From NCBI GenBank assembly GCA_034670305.1, contig JAXMNT010000001.1:224001-288000 (forward strand): DNA of 64,000 nucleotides, read 5' to 3'. Every line of letters begins with the position of its first letter. Positions within the stretch are counted from its first letter, which is position 1. The notes beneath the pieces are model-generated. The model ran no database searches, was not told the origin of the DNA, and saw nothing but the letters and a program-made list of their open reading frames with translations. Positions 54,458 through 64,000 of the stretch are shown here, piece by piece. Made by a program: the position numbers and the translations under genes. The stretch is from Deltaproteobacteria bacterium. Lineage in GTDB: Bacteria; Myxococcota_A; Polyangia; Polyangiales; Houyiibacteriaceae.

Positions 54458-56164
54458 CTACTGGATGCGGCGAATTCGGTTGTTGCCCGAGTCGAGCAGG
54501 AAGAGGGAGCCCGAAGGCCAGTGGAAGGTCACTGAGAACGGGCTCGCCATGCGGGCGGCGGCCCCGGTGCCCTCGACGTACCCGTTGCTGCCTGCGCGAC
54601 CGATCATCGTCGAGACCTGCTGGGTCGCGATGACGCCCTGTCGCAGCGTGTGCTGGTTGAACTCGACCCAGTAGATGCTCGTGCCATCAGAGGTCATGCC
54701 GCGGGGCCGGTGGATGCCCGCCGCCGTGCCGACACCGTCCAAGTAGGTCGCGGTGCCATTGCCGGCGAACGTGGAGACCTCCCCCGTGACCGTGTTGTAC
54801 GCGCGGATGGTCGCGCCGTTCGTGTCCGCGATGTAGAGCATCCCGGAGTTGTCCGTCGCCATGTAGCGCGGGCTGACGAAGCGTGCTGCGGTGCCGACGC
54901 CGTCGGTGGCGCCATTCATGTAGGGTGACCCAGCGACGGTGAGTACGGTGTTCGTGGCAGGGTCGAAGCGCCGGAGCACAGCGGCGTTCGCATCGAGCAC
55001 CCACACGTAGCCGCCGTAGTAGGTCGCGCCGCGGATGTCGTCGAAGCGGGCCGCGGCGCCGACGCCATCGAAGTAGCAAGACGCGTTCATGCAGCGGGCG
55101 CCGCCCGCGACCGTGCCCACCCCGAACGGCGCGGTGGTGCTCACGGCGCGCAGTGTGGAGCCGTTGGCGACCCACACCGTGGCTCCATCGGTGGTCACGG
55201 CCTCGAGCGAAGTGAAACTGGCGTTCGCGCCGTCTCGGTTGTCGACGATCGCCGCGGTGCCGTTGCCGGCGACCGTGAGCACTGTGGCCGTCGCGACCTC
55301 GATGCGGCGCAGCACGCGGTTGGCGCTGTCGCCGAACCACACGTAGGTGTCGTCGGCCGCGAGCGAGCCGAAGCCGCCCACGCGTGCCGCGGTTCCCACG
55401 CCGTCTCTGCCGCCGGCGGTGCCGTCGCCCACCCACGCTTCGGTTTGGTTCTGGAAGTTGCAGGTCGGGTTGCAGGCGTCGCCGTTGCGGAGGTTGCCGT
55501 CGTCGCAGACTTCGAGCGGGTCGCGCATGTCGTCGCCGCAGAAGGCGCCCACGGTTTCGTATTGGCAGGTCGGACTGCAGCCATCGCCCGGCAGCACGCC
55601 GCCGTCGTCACACTGTTCGCCTGCCATCAGATCGAGCATGCCGTCGCCGCACGAGGCCGAGGCTTCGATGCGGCAGGCGCTGCTGCACCCATCGCCGTTG
55701 CGGCGGTTGCTGTCGTCGCATTGTTCGCCGAGGGCGTAGTCGACGACGCCGTCGCCGCACGAAGCCGATACTTCGAGCCGGCAGTTGTGGTCGCAGCCGT
55801 CGCCGTCCGTCGTGTTGCCGTCGTCGCACTCTTCCGGCAGCTCGATCCGTCGGTCGCCGCAGGTCGTGCTGGGTCCGCTGTCCGTGCCGGCGTCCGTGCC
55901 GGGCGCATCGACCCCCGGCGCATCGACCCCGGGTGCATCGACCCCGGGTGCATCCATGCCAGGTGCATCCATGCCAGGTGCATCCGTACCAGGCGCGTCC
56001 ATGCCAGGCGCGTCCAGGCCGGACGCGTCGAATCCCCCGCCATCGAACATGTCGACCGGCGGATCGTCGTTGCAACCGACGACAAGGCCGCAGCCACTCG
56101 TGAACCACATCACCAAGCAACCGAGCACCCACTCGTTGCAGCCCCAACACCGGCTTCTGTTCAT
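54458..56164 (-). CDS. Lipoprotein with DAPG repeats, 4 Myxococcus Cys-rich (DUF4215) repeats and an NHL propeller
   Basis: CGD...E.CDDGN...DGC repeats; DGVG.AARF..P NHL blades; ~9 pentapeptide (15-bp) repeats at ~55895-56030. Confidence 0.9.
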   Translation of the reverse strand: MNRSRCWGCNEWVLGCLVMWFTSGCGLVVGCNDDPPVDMFDGGGFDASGLDAPGMDAPGTDAPGMDAPGMDAPGVDAPGVDAPGVDAPGTDAGTDSGPSTTCGDRRIELPEECDDGNTTDGDGCDHNCRLEVSASCGDGVVDYALGEQCDDSNRRNGDGCSSACRIEASASCGDGMLDLMAGEQCDDGGVLPGDGCSPTCQYETVGAFCGDDMRDPLEVCDDGNLRNGDACNPTCNFQNQTEAWVGDGTAGGRDGVGTAARVGGFGSLAADDTYVWFGDSANRVLRRIEVATATVLTVAGNGTAAIVDNRDGANASFTSLEAVTTDGATVWVANGSTLRAVSTTAPFGVGTVAGGARCMNASCYFDGVGAAARFDDIRGATYYGGYVWVLDANAAVLRRFDPATNTVLTVAGSPYMNGATDGVGTAARFVSPRYMATDNSGMLYIADTNGATIRAYNTVTGEVSTFAGNGTATYLDGVGTAAGIHRPRGMTSDGTSIYWVEFNQHTLRQGVIATQQVSTMIGRAGSNGYVEGTGAAARMASPFSVTFHWPSGSLFLLDSGNNRIRRIQ

Positions 56165-56310
56165 CGTAGACCCCCAAGCAAGACTGCGGGTCGATGCACA
56201 AATCGTGCGGATCAGTTCGCCCTTGGAATTGGACAAGATTCGGACGATCGTCTGAAACCTCGTGCGGCCGACCGCATTTTTTGCGTCCCCACGCGCCCCG
56301 AGCAACACCC

Positions 56311-56352
56311 TTGAATTGCCGCCCGGGCGCTCTTAGTGTACAAAGAACACTA
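56311..56352 (+). promoter_or_regulatory. sigma70 promoter TTGAAT-N17-TAGTGT overlapped by NrtR operator TAGTGT-N7-ACACTA
   Basis: Palindrome at 56334-56352 has the GT-N7-AC core known for NrtR sites; nrtR lies in the downstream operon. Confidence 0.8.
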
Positions 56353-57806
56353 TGACTCTCGCGCTCCTCACGGACCTCTATCAGCTGACGATGGGCGCCG
56401 GATACCACCGGGCGGGCCTCGCGGATCGTCGTGCTTGTTTTCATCTCTTCTTCCGCCGCAATCCGTTCCAGGGTGGCTACGCGATCGCGGCGGGCCTGGA
56501 CACCGCGCTCGACTACCTCGAGTCGCTGCGGTTCGGAGACGAAGAGCGGGACTACCTGCGATCGTTGCGGGGCCCCGACGGCGGGCAGCTCTTCCCGGAG
56601 GACTTCTTGGACCGCCTCCGCGACGCCACGTGGGACCTCGACGTGGCCGCGGTGCCCGAAGGCACCGTGATGTTCCCACACGAACCGCTGCTGCGGATCG
56701 AAGGCCCGCTTTGGCAGGCGCAGCTCGTCGAAACCGCGCTCCTGAACATCCTCAACTTCCAGACGCTCGTCGCCACCAAGGCGTCGCGGGTCTGCCGCGC
56801 CGCGGTCACCGACGGCGTGCCCGACAAAGTGCTCGAGTTCGGATTGCGCCGCGCGCAGGGCATCGACGGCGCCCTCTCGGCGAGCCGCGCCGCGTTCGTC
56901 GGTGGCTGCACGGCGACCAGCAACGTACTCGCAGGGCAGCGCTTCGGGATCCCGGTCCAGGGCACCCACGCCCACGCCTGGGTGATGTCGTTCGAGACGG
57001 AGCGCGAAGCGTTCGAAGCGTACGCGGACGTCTTCCCATCCGGCTGCGTGTTCCTCGTCGACACCTACGACACGCTCCAAGGCGTGCGCACCGCGATCGA
57101 GGTCGGACTCGACCTGCGCGCGCGTGGCATGGAGATGCAGGGGGTCCGGCTCGACTCGGGCGATCTGGCGGAACTCAGCACCGCGGCGCGCGCGCTGCTC
57201 GACGAAGCCGGCTTTCCCGACGCGGCGATCGTCGCGAGCAACGACCTCGACGAACATCGCATCGCAGAGATCAAAGCGAAGGGCGGGCCGATCACCGTGT
57301 GGGGCGTCGGCACGCGTCTGAGCACCTGCTACGACCAGCCCGCGCTTGGCGGCGTGTACAAACTCGCCGCGGTCCAGGACGAAGACGGCCAGTGGCAGCC
57401 GCGGATCAAGTTGAGCGAGAACCCGATCAAGACTTCCATCCCGAGCCGTCAGCAAGTGCGGCGGTTCACCGACGGCGAGGGGCGCATCGCCGCCGACGCG
57501 ATCTACGACGTCGCCACCGGGTTCTCGGGTTCGACCATTCACGACCCGGAAAGCGAGACCGTGTACGACGTGCCGACCGACTGCACGTTTGAAGACCTTC
57601 TCGAGCCGGTGTTCGCCAAGGGCGCTCGGCTGGGCACCTCGCCGACCGTGCACGAAGCCCGGGAGCGCGCGCTGGCTCAAGTGAAGTCGTTGCCTGCCGC
57701 CGTCGCCAGCAACCGGACTCCGGGCCGGTTCCCCTCCGGTCTCGAAACCGATCTGCACGCGCTGCGTCGTTCGCTCATCGAATCGGCGCGCAAGGAGTCC
57801 CCATGA
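56352..57806 (+). CDS. pncB: Nicotinate phosphoribosyltransferase
   Basis: [48 protein letters not shown]. Confidence 0.95.
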   Translation: MTLALLTDLYQLTMGAGYHRAGLADRRACFHLFFRRNPFQGGYAIAAGLDTALDYLESLRFGDEERDYLRSLRGPDGGQLFPEDFLDRLRDATWDLDVAAVPEGTVMFPHEPLLRIEGPLWQAQLVETALLNILNFQTLVATKASRVCRAAVTDGVPDKVLEFGLRRAQGIDGALSASRAAFVGGCTATSNVLAGQRFGIPVQGTHAHAWVMSFETEREAFEAYADVFPSGCVFLVDTYDTLQGVRTAIEVGLDLRARGMEMQGVRLDSGDLAELSTAARALLDEAGFPDAAIVASNDLDEHRIAEIKAKGGPITVWGVGTRLSTCYDQPALGGVYKLAAVQDEDGQWQPRIKLSENPIKTSIPSRQQVRRFTDGEGRIAADAIYDVATGFSGSTIHDPESETVYDVPTDCTFEDLLEPVFAKGARLGTSPTVHEARERALAQVKSLPAAVASNRTPGRFPSGLETDLHALRRSLIESARKESP

Positions 57807-58756
57807 ACCGCAACCGACCTGTGCTCGTGTTCTGCACCGAACGCTACCGCTACTTGAGCGACGCGCTGTGCGCGGCTCCGGGATTCGAACGAGGCGAGAT
57901 CGAACGCCGCATGTTTCCCGATGGTGAACACTACCGTCGCGTGCTGACCCCCGTCGCTGGACGGGACGTGGTGCTGCTCGGCGGTACCGTGGACGACGAC
58001 GCCACCCTCGAGATCTACGACCTCGGCTGTTGTCTCGTGCAAAGCGGCGCCCACATCTTGACGCTGGTCTTGCCCTGGTTCGGGTATCAGACGATGGAGC
58101 GCGCGGTGTATCCGGGCGAGGTCGTCACGGCCAAGACCCGTGCGCGCCTCCTCTCGTCGATTCCCATCGCTGGATCGGGCAACCGGATCCTACTGGTCGA
58201 CCTTCACTCGGAGGGCATCACCCAGTACTTCGAAGGCAACATCTGCCCGGTCCACGTCTACGCCAAGGACGTGGTGCTCGATTCGATCCGCCGCCTCGGT
58301 GGAGACAACTTCGTACTTGGCGCCACCGACGCGGGCCGGGCGAAGTGGGTCGAGTCGCTGGCGAACGACCTCGGCGTGGACGCGGCGTTCGTGTTCAAAC
58401 GACGCGTGAGTGGCGACCGCACCGAAGTCACCGCGCTGGCCGCCGACGTGTCCGGCAAGACCGTCGTGATCTACGACGACATGATCCGAACCGGTGGGTC
58501 GCTCCGTGGGGCCGCCCGCGCGTTCCTCGATGCGGGCGCGAAAGACATCGCCGCGGTGACCACCCACGGCGTCTTTCCGAACGACGCGCTCGACAAACTC
58601 AAGGCCAGCGGCGTGCTCCGAGAGATCGCTGCGACCGACAGCCACCCGCGCGCGGTGGAGCTCGCCCCCGGGGCCGCGGGTTTTCTCCAGGTGCAGAGCA
58701 TCGCACCGTTGCTCATCTCCCAGCTCGGTCCCGACGCACGCGACGGCGCTGCGTAG
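57803..58756 (+). CDS. prs: Ribose-phosphate pyrophosphokinase-like protein (divergent paralogue)
   Basis: [33 protein letters not shown]; has GYQTMER where the canonical motif is GYARQDR. Confidence 0.85.
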   Translation: MNRNRPVLVFCTERYRYLSDALCAAPGFERGEIERRMFPDGEHYRRVLTPVAGRDVVLLGGTVDDDATLEIYDLGCCLVQSGAHILTLVLPWFGYQTMERAVYPGEVVTAKTRARLLSSIPIAGSGNRILLVDLHSEGITQYFEGNICPVHVYAKDVVLDSIRRLGGDNFVLGATDAGRAKWVESLANDLGVDAAFVFKRRVSGDRTEVTALAADVSGKTVVIYDDMIRTGGSLRGAARAFLDAGAKDIAAVTTHGVFPNDALDKLKASGVLREIAATDSHPRAVELAPGAAGFLQVQSIAPLLISQLGPDARDGAA

Positions 58757-58804
58757 TACCACCGACCCACTCCTCCTCCGTTCGTCTCCGAGAAAGTACC
58801 CACC

Positions 58805-60799
58805 ATGCATCGCGTGCACGTCGCCGTCGGCATCCTCAACCAAACCCCGTTCGGCTGGGCCGAGAACGAGGCCAACATCCGGGCCGCGATCGCGTCTGCG
58901 CGCGCCCGCGGCGTCACGTTGATGTGTCTGCCGGAGCTCTGCATCACGGGTTACGGCTGCGACGACATGTTCCAGAGCGCGGGCCTGCTCGAGACCGCGT
59001 GGGACCAGCTCGAGCGGCTCGCGACCGACACCGACGGGATGGTCGTCTCCATGGGCTTGCCCGTGGCGCTCCGCGGCGGCGTGTACAACTGCGCGGCGCT
59101 CTGCGTCGACGGAAAGATCGCGGGCCTCGTCGCGAAACGGTTCTTGGCCGGCGACGGGATTCACTACGAACCGCGATGGTTCAAACCCTGGCCGGAAGGG
59201 GTGGTCACCTCGATCACCGTGCGCGGCAAGACCTACCCGATCGGCGACCTCTCGTTCGACGTGGGCGGGCTGCTGGTCGGGTTCGAGATCTGTGAAGACG
59301 CCTGGGTGGCCGCCCGCCCGGGCGCGCAGATGTCGGAGCAAGGCATCGACCTCATCCTCAACCCGAGCGCGAGTCACTTCGCGTTCGGCAAACAGGACGT
59401 GCGCCGCCAGATCGTCGTCGAAGGATCCCGCGCGTTCGGGGTCACGTACCTCTACGCCAACCTGCTGGGCAACGAAGCGGGGCGCGCGGTCTACGACGGC
59501 GGCGGCATCATCGCTTCGGGGGGCACTGCGCTGGCGGAGACCGAGCGGTTCTCGTTCGGACCGGTTCAAGTGGTCGACGCGGTCGCGGACATCGACGCGA
59601 CGCGTTTGGCGCGCAGCCGCACCGCGAGCTTTCGCCCCGACCTGCGCGGCGACGACCAAGTGCAGCTCGACTTCCAGTGGCCCGAGGTCGCGGTGGCCCG
59701 GGCTCCGAAACTCGTGCTCTCCGACTTCTCCAAAGAGGAAGCGTTCGGTCGGGTGATCGCACTCGCGCTCTTCGACTACCTGCGGCGCAGCCGGGCGCGC
59801 GGGTACGTGGTGTCGCTCAGCGGCGGGGCCGACTCGGCCGCCTGCGTCTGCCTCGTTCGAATGATGGTCGACCTCGCCGTCCGCGAGCTCGGTCTGGATG
59901 GATTCGTGGCGCGGCTCGGTCACATCGGGGCGCTGGGCGAGGCGGCCAAGGCGGGTGCGGATCAGGCGGCGCTGACGAAGGTGCTCCTCACCACCGCGTA
60001 TCAGGCCACCCGCAACAGTGGCGACGTGACCCGCACCGCGGCGAAGGAGGTCGCTGCCGCCGTGGGCGCCGATCACTTCGAGCTGGACGTAGACGCGCTC
60101 GTGGTCGGCTACCGCGCGCTCATCGAGAAGGCGCTCGAACGGCCCCTGACCTGGGAGACCGACGACATCACCCTGCAGAACATCCAGGCGCGGGTGCGCG
60201 CGCCGAGCGTGTGGATGCTCGCCAACGTCCGCAATCAGATCTTGATGGCCACCAGCAACCGCTCGGAAGCGGCGGTGGGCTACGCGACGATGGATGGCGA
60301 CACCTGCGGCGGCATCTCGCCCATCGCGGGCATCGACAAGAACTTCCTCCGTCAGTGGCTGCGTTGGCTCGAGAGCGACGGCATCGAAGGCATCGGGCCG
60401 GTGCCGGCGCTCTCGTTCGTGAACAAGCAGCAGCCGACCGCGGAACTCCGCCCCCAGGACGAGGGCCAGACCGACGAAGGCGACTTGATGCCGTACCCGG
60501 TGCTCGATGCGATCGAGGGATTTGCGATCCGCGACAAGAAGATGCCGGTCGAGACCTTCGAGCGCATGCGGGTCGAGTGGCCGGACGTGCCGCCAGAGCA
60601 GATGCGCAGTTGGGTGATCAAGTTCTTCCAGCTCTGGTGCCGCAACCAGTGGAAACGCGAGCGCTATGCGCCGAGTTTTCACGTGGACGACAAGAACCTC
60701 GACCCGAAGACATGGTGCCGGTTCCCGATCCTCAACGGAGGCTACGCGCTCGAACTGGAAGCACTCGCGAACTGGCCCATCGTCGCGCCGAGCGCATGA
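58805..60799 (+). CDS. nadE: Glutamine-dependent NAD+ synthetase
   Basis: Nitrilase triad PELC / AK / [40 protein letters not shown]. Confidence 0.95.
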   Translation: MHRVHVAVGILNQTPFGWAENEANIRAAIASARARGVTLMCLPELCITGYGCDDMFQSAGLLETAWDQLERLATDTDGMVVSMGLPVALRGGVYNCAALCVDGKIAGLVAKRFLAGDGIHYEPRWFKPWPEGVVTSITVRGKTYPIGDLSFDVGGLLVGFEICEDAWVAARPGAQMSEQGIDLILNPSASHFAFGKQDVRRQIVVEGSRAFGVTYLYANLLGNEAGRAVYDGGGIIASGGTALAETERFSFGPVQVVDAVADIDATRLARSRTASFRPDLRGDDQVQLDFQWPEVAVARAPKLVLSDFSKEEAFGRVIALALFDYLRRSRARGYVVSLSGGADSAACVCLVRMMVDLAVRELGLDGFVARLGHIGALGEAAKAGADQAALTKVLLTTAYQATRNSGDVTRTAAKEVAAAVGADHFELDVDALVVGYRALIEKALERPLTWETDDITLQNIQARVRAPSVWMLANVRNQILMATSNRSEAAVGYATMDGDTCGGISPIAGIDKNFLRQWLRWLESDGIEGIGPVPALSFVNKQQPTAELRPQDEGQTDEGDLMPYPVLDAIEGFAIRDKKMPVETFERMRVEWPDVPPEQMRSWVIKFFQLWCRNQWKRERYAPSFHVDDKNLDPKTWCRFPILNGGYALELEALANWPIVAPSA

Positions 60800-61482
60800 G
60801 CGTCACCTACAAGTACCCGCGGCCGGCGGTCACGGTCGACTGCGCGGTGTTCGGTGTGGACGAGCGCTTGATGGTCTTGCTCATCGAACGCGACCGCGAG
60901 CCCTTCGCTGGCCGGTGGGCGCTCCCCGGTGGATTCGTACGGGTGCCGGAGTCCCTCGAAGAGGCCGCGCGCCGTGAGCTGCATGAAGAAACCGGCCTGA
61001 CCGACATCTACCTCGAGCAGCTCTACTCGTTCGGCGATCCCGGACGGGATCCGCGTGGGCCGGTGGTGAGCGTGGCGTGGTACGCGCTCGTGAACGTGCA
61101 CGACCACGCGGCGAAGGCGGCCACGGACGCGCGGTCTGCGGCGTGGTTCCCGGCACACGAGATCCCGGAGCTCGCCTTCGACCACGATCGCATTCTCGAT
61201 GTGGCGCTCGAGCGGCTGCGCGCCAAGGTGCGGTACCGGCCAGTGGGGTTCGAGCTGCTTCCCGACAAGTTCACGCTGACCCAGCTGCAGCGGCTCTACG
61301 AAGTGGTGCTCGAGCAACCGCTCGACAAGCGCAACTTCCGCAAGAAGGTGCTCGGCCTGGAGTTGCTCGTCGACACCGGCGAACACGAGACCGGTGTCGC
61401 TCGCCGGCCGGCGCGGCTCTACCGATTCGATCACGACAAATACCTCGCGCTCACCGAGCGCGGATTCGAGTTCTCCATCTAA
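60796..61482 (+). CDS. nrtR: Nudix-related transcriptional regulator
   Basis: [30 protein letters not shown]; w[14 protein letters not shown]...DKRNFRKK...RPARLYRF. Confidence 0.93.
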   Translation: MSVTYKYPRPAVTVDCAVFGVDERLMVLLIERDREPFAGRWALPGGFVRVPESLEEAARRELHEETGLTDIYLEQLYSFGDPGRDPRGPVVSVAWYALVNVHDHAAKAATDARSAAWFPAHEIPELAFDHDRILDVALERLRAKVRYRPVGFELLPDKFTLTQLQRLYEVVLEQPLDKRNFRKKVLGLELLVDTGEHETGVARRPARLYRFDHDKYLALTERGFEFSI

Positions 61483-61515
61483 CTGGTTGCCAGACTGGTT
61501 GCCAGACTGGTTGCC
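61482..61515. repeat. Tandem repeat, 2.8 x ACTGGTTGCCAG
   Basis: Read directly; lies between nrtR and the pncA RBS. Confidence 0.85.
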
Positions 61516-61536
61516 TCGCTCACCAAGGAGCCCGAC

Positions 61537-62151
61537 ATGACCCGCGCGCTGATCCTCGTCGACATCCAGAACGACTTCATGCCGACCGGAGCGCTCCCGG
61601 TCGCAGACGGCGACGCGGTCGTTCCGGTCGCGAACACGGTCGCGGCGAAGTTCGACCTCGTCGCCGCGACCCAGGACTGGCACCCGGCCAACCATGGTTC
61701 CTTCGCAACCCAGCACGAGGGGCACAGCCCAGGGGAACTCATCGAGCTGCACGGGCTCACGCAGGTCCTCTGGCCGGACCACTGCGTGCAGCACACGCCG
61801 GGCGCTGAGTTCGTCGAAGGCCTGGACGAGTCTCAGATCACGAAGGTGTTCCCGAAGGGGACCGACGTGACCATCGACAGCTACTCCGGCTTCTTCGACA
61901 ACGGCAAACGGCAGGACACCGGTCTCGCGAAGTGGCTCGAAGGGCAAGGCGTGACCCAGGTCTACGTGCTCGGCGTCGCCACCGACTACTGCGTGAAGTT
62001 CACGGCGCTCGACGCGGTCGGCTGCGGCTTCGAAACGTTCCTGGTCGAAGACGCCTGCCGCGGCGTGGAGATGAACCCCGGCGACATCGCCGCCGCCCTC
62101 ACCGAGATGAGCGCCGCCGGCGTGACCCGAGTCCAAAGCGCGGACGTGTAG
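61537..62151 (+). CDS. pncA: Nicotinamidase/pyrazinamidase
   Basis: VDIQNDF, QDWHP..H.SF, WPDHCVQ, KG...DSYSGF, ATDYCV. Confidence 0.96.
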   Translation: MTRALILVDIQNDFMPTGALPVADGDAVVPVANTVAAKFDLVAATQDWHPANHGSFATQHEGHSPGELIELHGLTQVLWPDHCVQHTPGAEFVEGLDESQITKVFPKGTDVTIDSYSGFFDNGKRQDTGLAKWLEGQGVTQVYVLGVATDYCVKFTALDAVGCGFETFLVEDACRGVEMNPGDIAAALTEMSAAGVTRVQSADV

Positions 62152-62193
62152 CGAATGTCGAAAGTCGCGGGGGGGTGGCGTAGCATTTCCAGA

Positions 62194-62415
62194 ATGCAAG
62201 GCATCTACTCGTCGGTCGCGCTGTGCTCACTCCTGCTCTTCGGGGCGTGTGCACCCACCGCGCGTTCGGCGCAGCCGTTGGTGCCGGGCGCGGCGGAAGA
62301 TTCGGAGGCCATATGGGTCTACATCGACACCGACGACGCCTCGCGCGGTGTCTATCGCTGTCGAGAGACGCGGGGGGAGCCGCCGGTCTGCGTTCGGGCG
62401 CGACTGCGCGAGTGA
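62194..62415 (+). CDS. Small lipoprotein
   Basis: Lipobox FGAC; AIWVY...GVYRC...PPVCVRA. Confidence 0.65.
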   Translation: MQGIYSSVALCSLLLFGACAPTARSAQPLVPGAAEDSEAIWVYIDTDDASRGVYRCRETRGEPPVCVRARLRE

Positions 62416-62416
62416 G

Positions 62417-63151
62417 CTACTGCAGGAGCCATCGGGTTGCGATGGCGACGGCGAGGAGGGCGACTTCGACGCCGGCGATCAGGGCGATCTCGGCGCGGGT
62501 CCAGTGGCCACCACGCAACCAACTCGGGCTGCCGATGCGCGCCTCCAGCGGCTCGGCCCATCGCTTCTTGCGGGCCTTCGCGTCTTCGATGACGACCTCG
62601 GGCGCGATGGCGAGCGAGAGTTTGCAGACCGGACAGTCGAGCCGGCCGGGGAGGGCAGGGGTCTGGGTGGGGTTGTCGCACTTGGGGCATGCCAGCGGCG
62701 TCTTGCGGAGACTGGCCACCGCGCGTCGGCGGACGGTGTGTCGTCTCAGCGCGATCAGGTAGGCGCTGATCCAGCCCACTGGGAACGCGAAGAGCAGCGC
62801 ACCGAGCAGCGCGCCCCACCACCACTCGGGCTCCAGCCAACCGAACCCTCCGAGCGCCCCTCCCGCGACGAGCCCCGCGATCATGAACCAGCGGGGCACC
62901 TCGGGTTCCACGAACCGCGACTCGAGCACCCCTTCGAGGGCGACCTCCACTTCCCGCGCGAAGTCGACCGGGAGCTTGCGTCCGACCTCGAGGTCGTCGC
63001 GCAGACGCTTCGGCATCTTGATGTCGCTGTCGCAGAACGGACACTCGACCTCTTTCACCGGCTCGTGTGAGACCAAGGTCGCGCCGCACCCACGACATGG
63101 GAACGCAGCGAGTTGTCGCGTGACCGCCACCGGTCGAGGGTAGCCGAGCAT
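62417..63151 (-). CDS. Membrane protein with two zinc-ribbon motifs
   Basis: CRGC..CPFC, two TM helices, CPKC..CPVC, C-terminal TM helix. Start approximate. Confidence 0.75.
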   Translation of the reverse strand: MLGYPRPVAVTRQLAAFPCRGCGATLVSHEPVKEVECPFCDSDIKMPKRLRDDLEVGRKLPVDFAREVEVALEGVLESRFVEPEVPRWFMIAGLVAGGALGGFGWLEPEWWWGALLGALLFAFPVGWISAYLIALRRHTVRRRAVASLRKTPLACPKCDNPTQTPALPGRLDCPVCKLSLAIAPEVVIEDAKARKKRWAEPLEARIGSPSWLRGGHWTRAEIALIAGVEVALLAVAIATRWLLQ

Positions 63152-63185
63152 GCACCGAGTGCGATCCGGTTCTGCGAAGACGCGC

Positions 63186-64000
63186 TCAGAAGAACGCCAT
63201 CGAGACGCCCAGGACCAAGAGCGTCGCGAGCAGTCCCATGCGCATCCGGCTCTCCGCTTGCGATTCGAACCGCCGCATGCGGAGCGACTGGTCGCCGGAG
63301 CGGAAGGGCCCATCGCCGCTCCGCTGATGACGGACCACCCAGCGCGAGTCGTCCATCCGTGCGACGGGCGCGCCGTCGGCGCCCGCGGGATCGATGGGCG
63401 GGGCGATCGACCAACCGGGGACCTCGCCGCGCACGATCCGCTTCAGGAAGAACTCGACCCGGACCGTGCGCAAGAGCGTCCACCCCGCGACCGCAAGGGC
63501 CAAGACGAGCAGCGCTTGGGTGGCGTCGACGCCGTACCCTTCGACCGCGGGCCGGGTGTCGAGGGCGTGGTCGACCGCGCCCCGTGCGAACGCCCGCCCG
63601 AGGATCGAGACGCCGAGCATCCAGGCCGACACGACCGAGAGAACCTGCAGGGTCAGTTCGCCCGCGCGGGTCTCGAGCGGCACGGTGTCTTCGCGGGTCT
63701 GCCGGAACACATAGCCGAGCAGCGGACCGTAGAGCGCGGCGTAGACGAATCCGACGCAGCCGCCGACCGGCAACCCGAAGATGGCGGCGAGCGCGGTGAT
63801 GCCAAGCGCTTCTCCGAGCCCGTTGCCCGCCGCGATCGTCAGAAGCCCGGCGCAGAAGGCGGTGTTCAAGACGCCCGCGAGTGGGCCGAGCCACACGAGC
63901 GACCAGGCAGACTTCATGCGCCGCGCAAGTTTGACGACGCCGACGGTCACGATCGCGGTGGACATCGGTACCAGCAACACCGTCGAGGGTTCGAGCCAGG
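63186..64000 (-). CDS. Multi-pass membrane protein, 5' end beyond the window
   Basis: Frame is open to 64000; several hydrophobic helices; C-terminal GPFR motif. Confidence 0.7.
   Translation of the reverse strand, partial: WLEPSTVLLVPMSTAIVTVGVVKLARRMKSAWSLVWLGPLAGVLNTAFCAGLLTIAAGNGLGEALGITALAAIFGLPVGGCVGFVYAALYGPLLGYVFRQTREDTVPLETRAGELTLQVLSVVSAWMLGVSILGRAFARGAVDHALDTRPAVEGYGVDATQALLVLALAVAGWTLLRTVRVEFFLKRIVRGEVPGWSIAPPIDPAGADGAPVARMDDSRWVVRHQRSGDGPFRSGDQSLRMRRFESQAESRMRMGLLATLLVLGVSMAFF

Overview
High-GC bacterial chromosomal window. The gene content points to Myxococcota, most like Sandaracinaceae/Polyangiales (inference): many lipoproteins with DAG/DAPG linkers, Myxococcus Cys-rich repeats, three Ser/Thr kinases and an FHA-GAF sigma54 activator. 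About 48 intact CDSs are supportable. Housekeeping or metabolic genes include moaA, a GlpT-like MFS, an acyl-CoA synthetase with a GalT-like gene, an MMPL with a GT4, an M1 aminopeptidase, a GDPD, an L,D-transpeptidase, an S55 peptidase with a beta-propeller partner, and an NrtR-controlled NAD salvage operon (pncB-prs-nadE-nrtR-pncA) with a visible operator. No rRNA, tRNA, CRISPR array or intact transposase was seen. The most interesting signals are: (1) a three-lipoprotein operon with two different di-haem enzymes and an internally duplicated orphan partner; (2) the NAD operon, which lacks nadD and carries a divergent Prs, raising a testable NARP1-like shortcut; (3) a modular family of GNA-loop palindromic repeats that nest inside each other, including a symmetric ~555-bp relic with IS5-like ends; (4) Met-rich extracytoplasmic tracts in two kinases and a cytochrome; (5) a kinase and an FHA sigma54 activator overlapping head-to-head; (6) an isolated C-terminal half of a Hint domain; (7) a pseudo-HAD and a pseudo-receiver in divergent arrangement. 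All family assignments are by-eye motif recognition; no searches were run.
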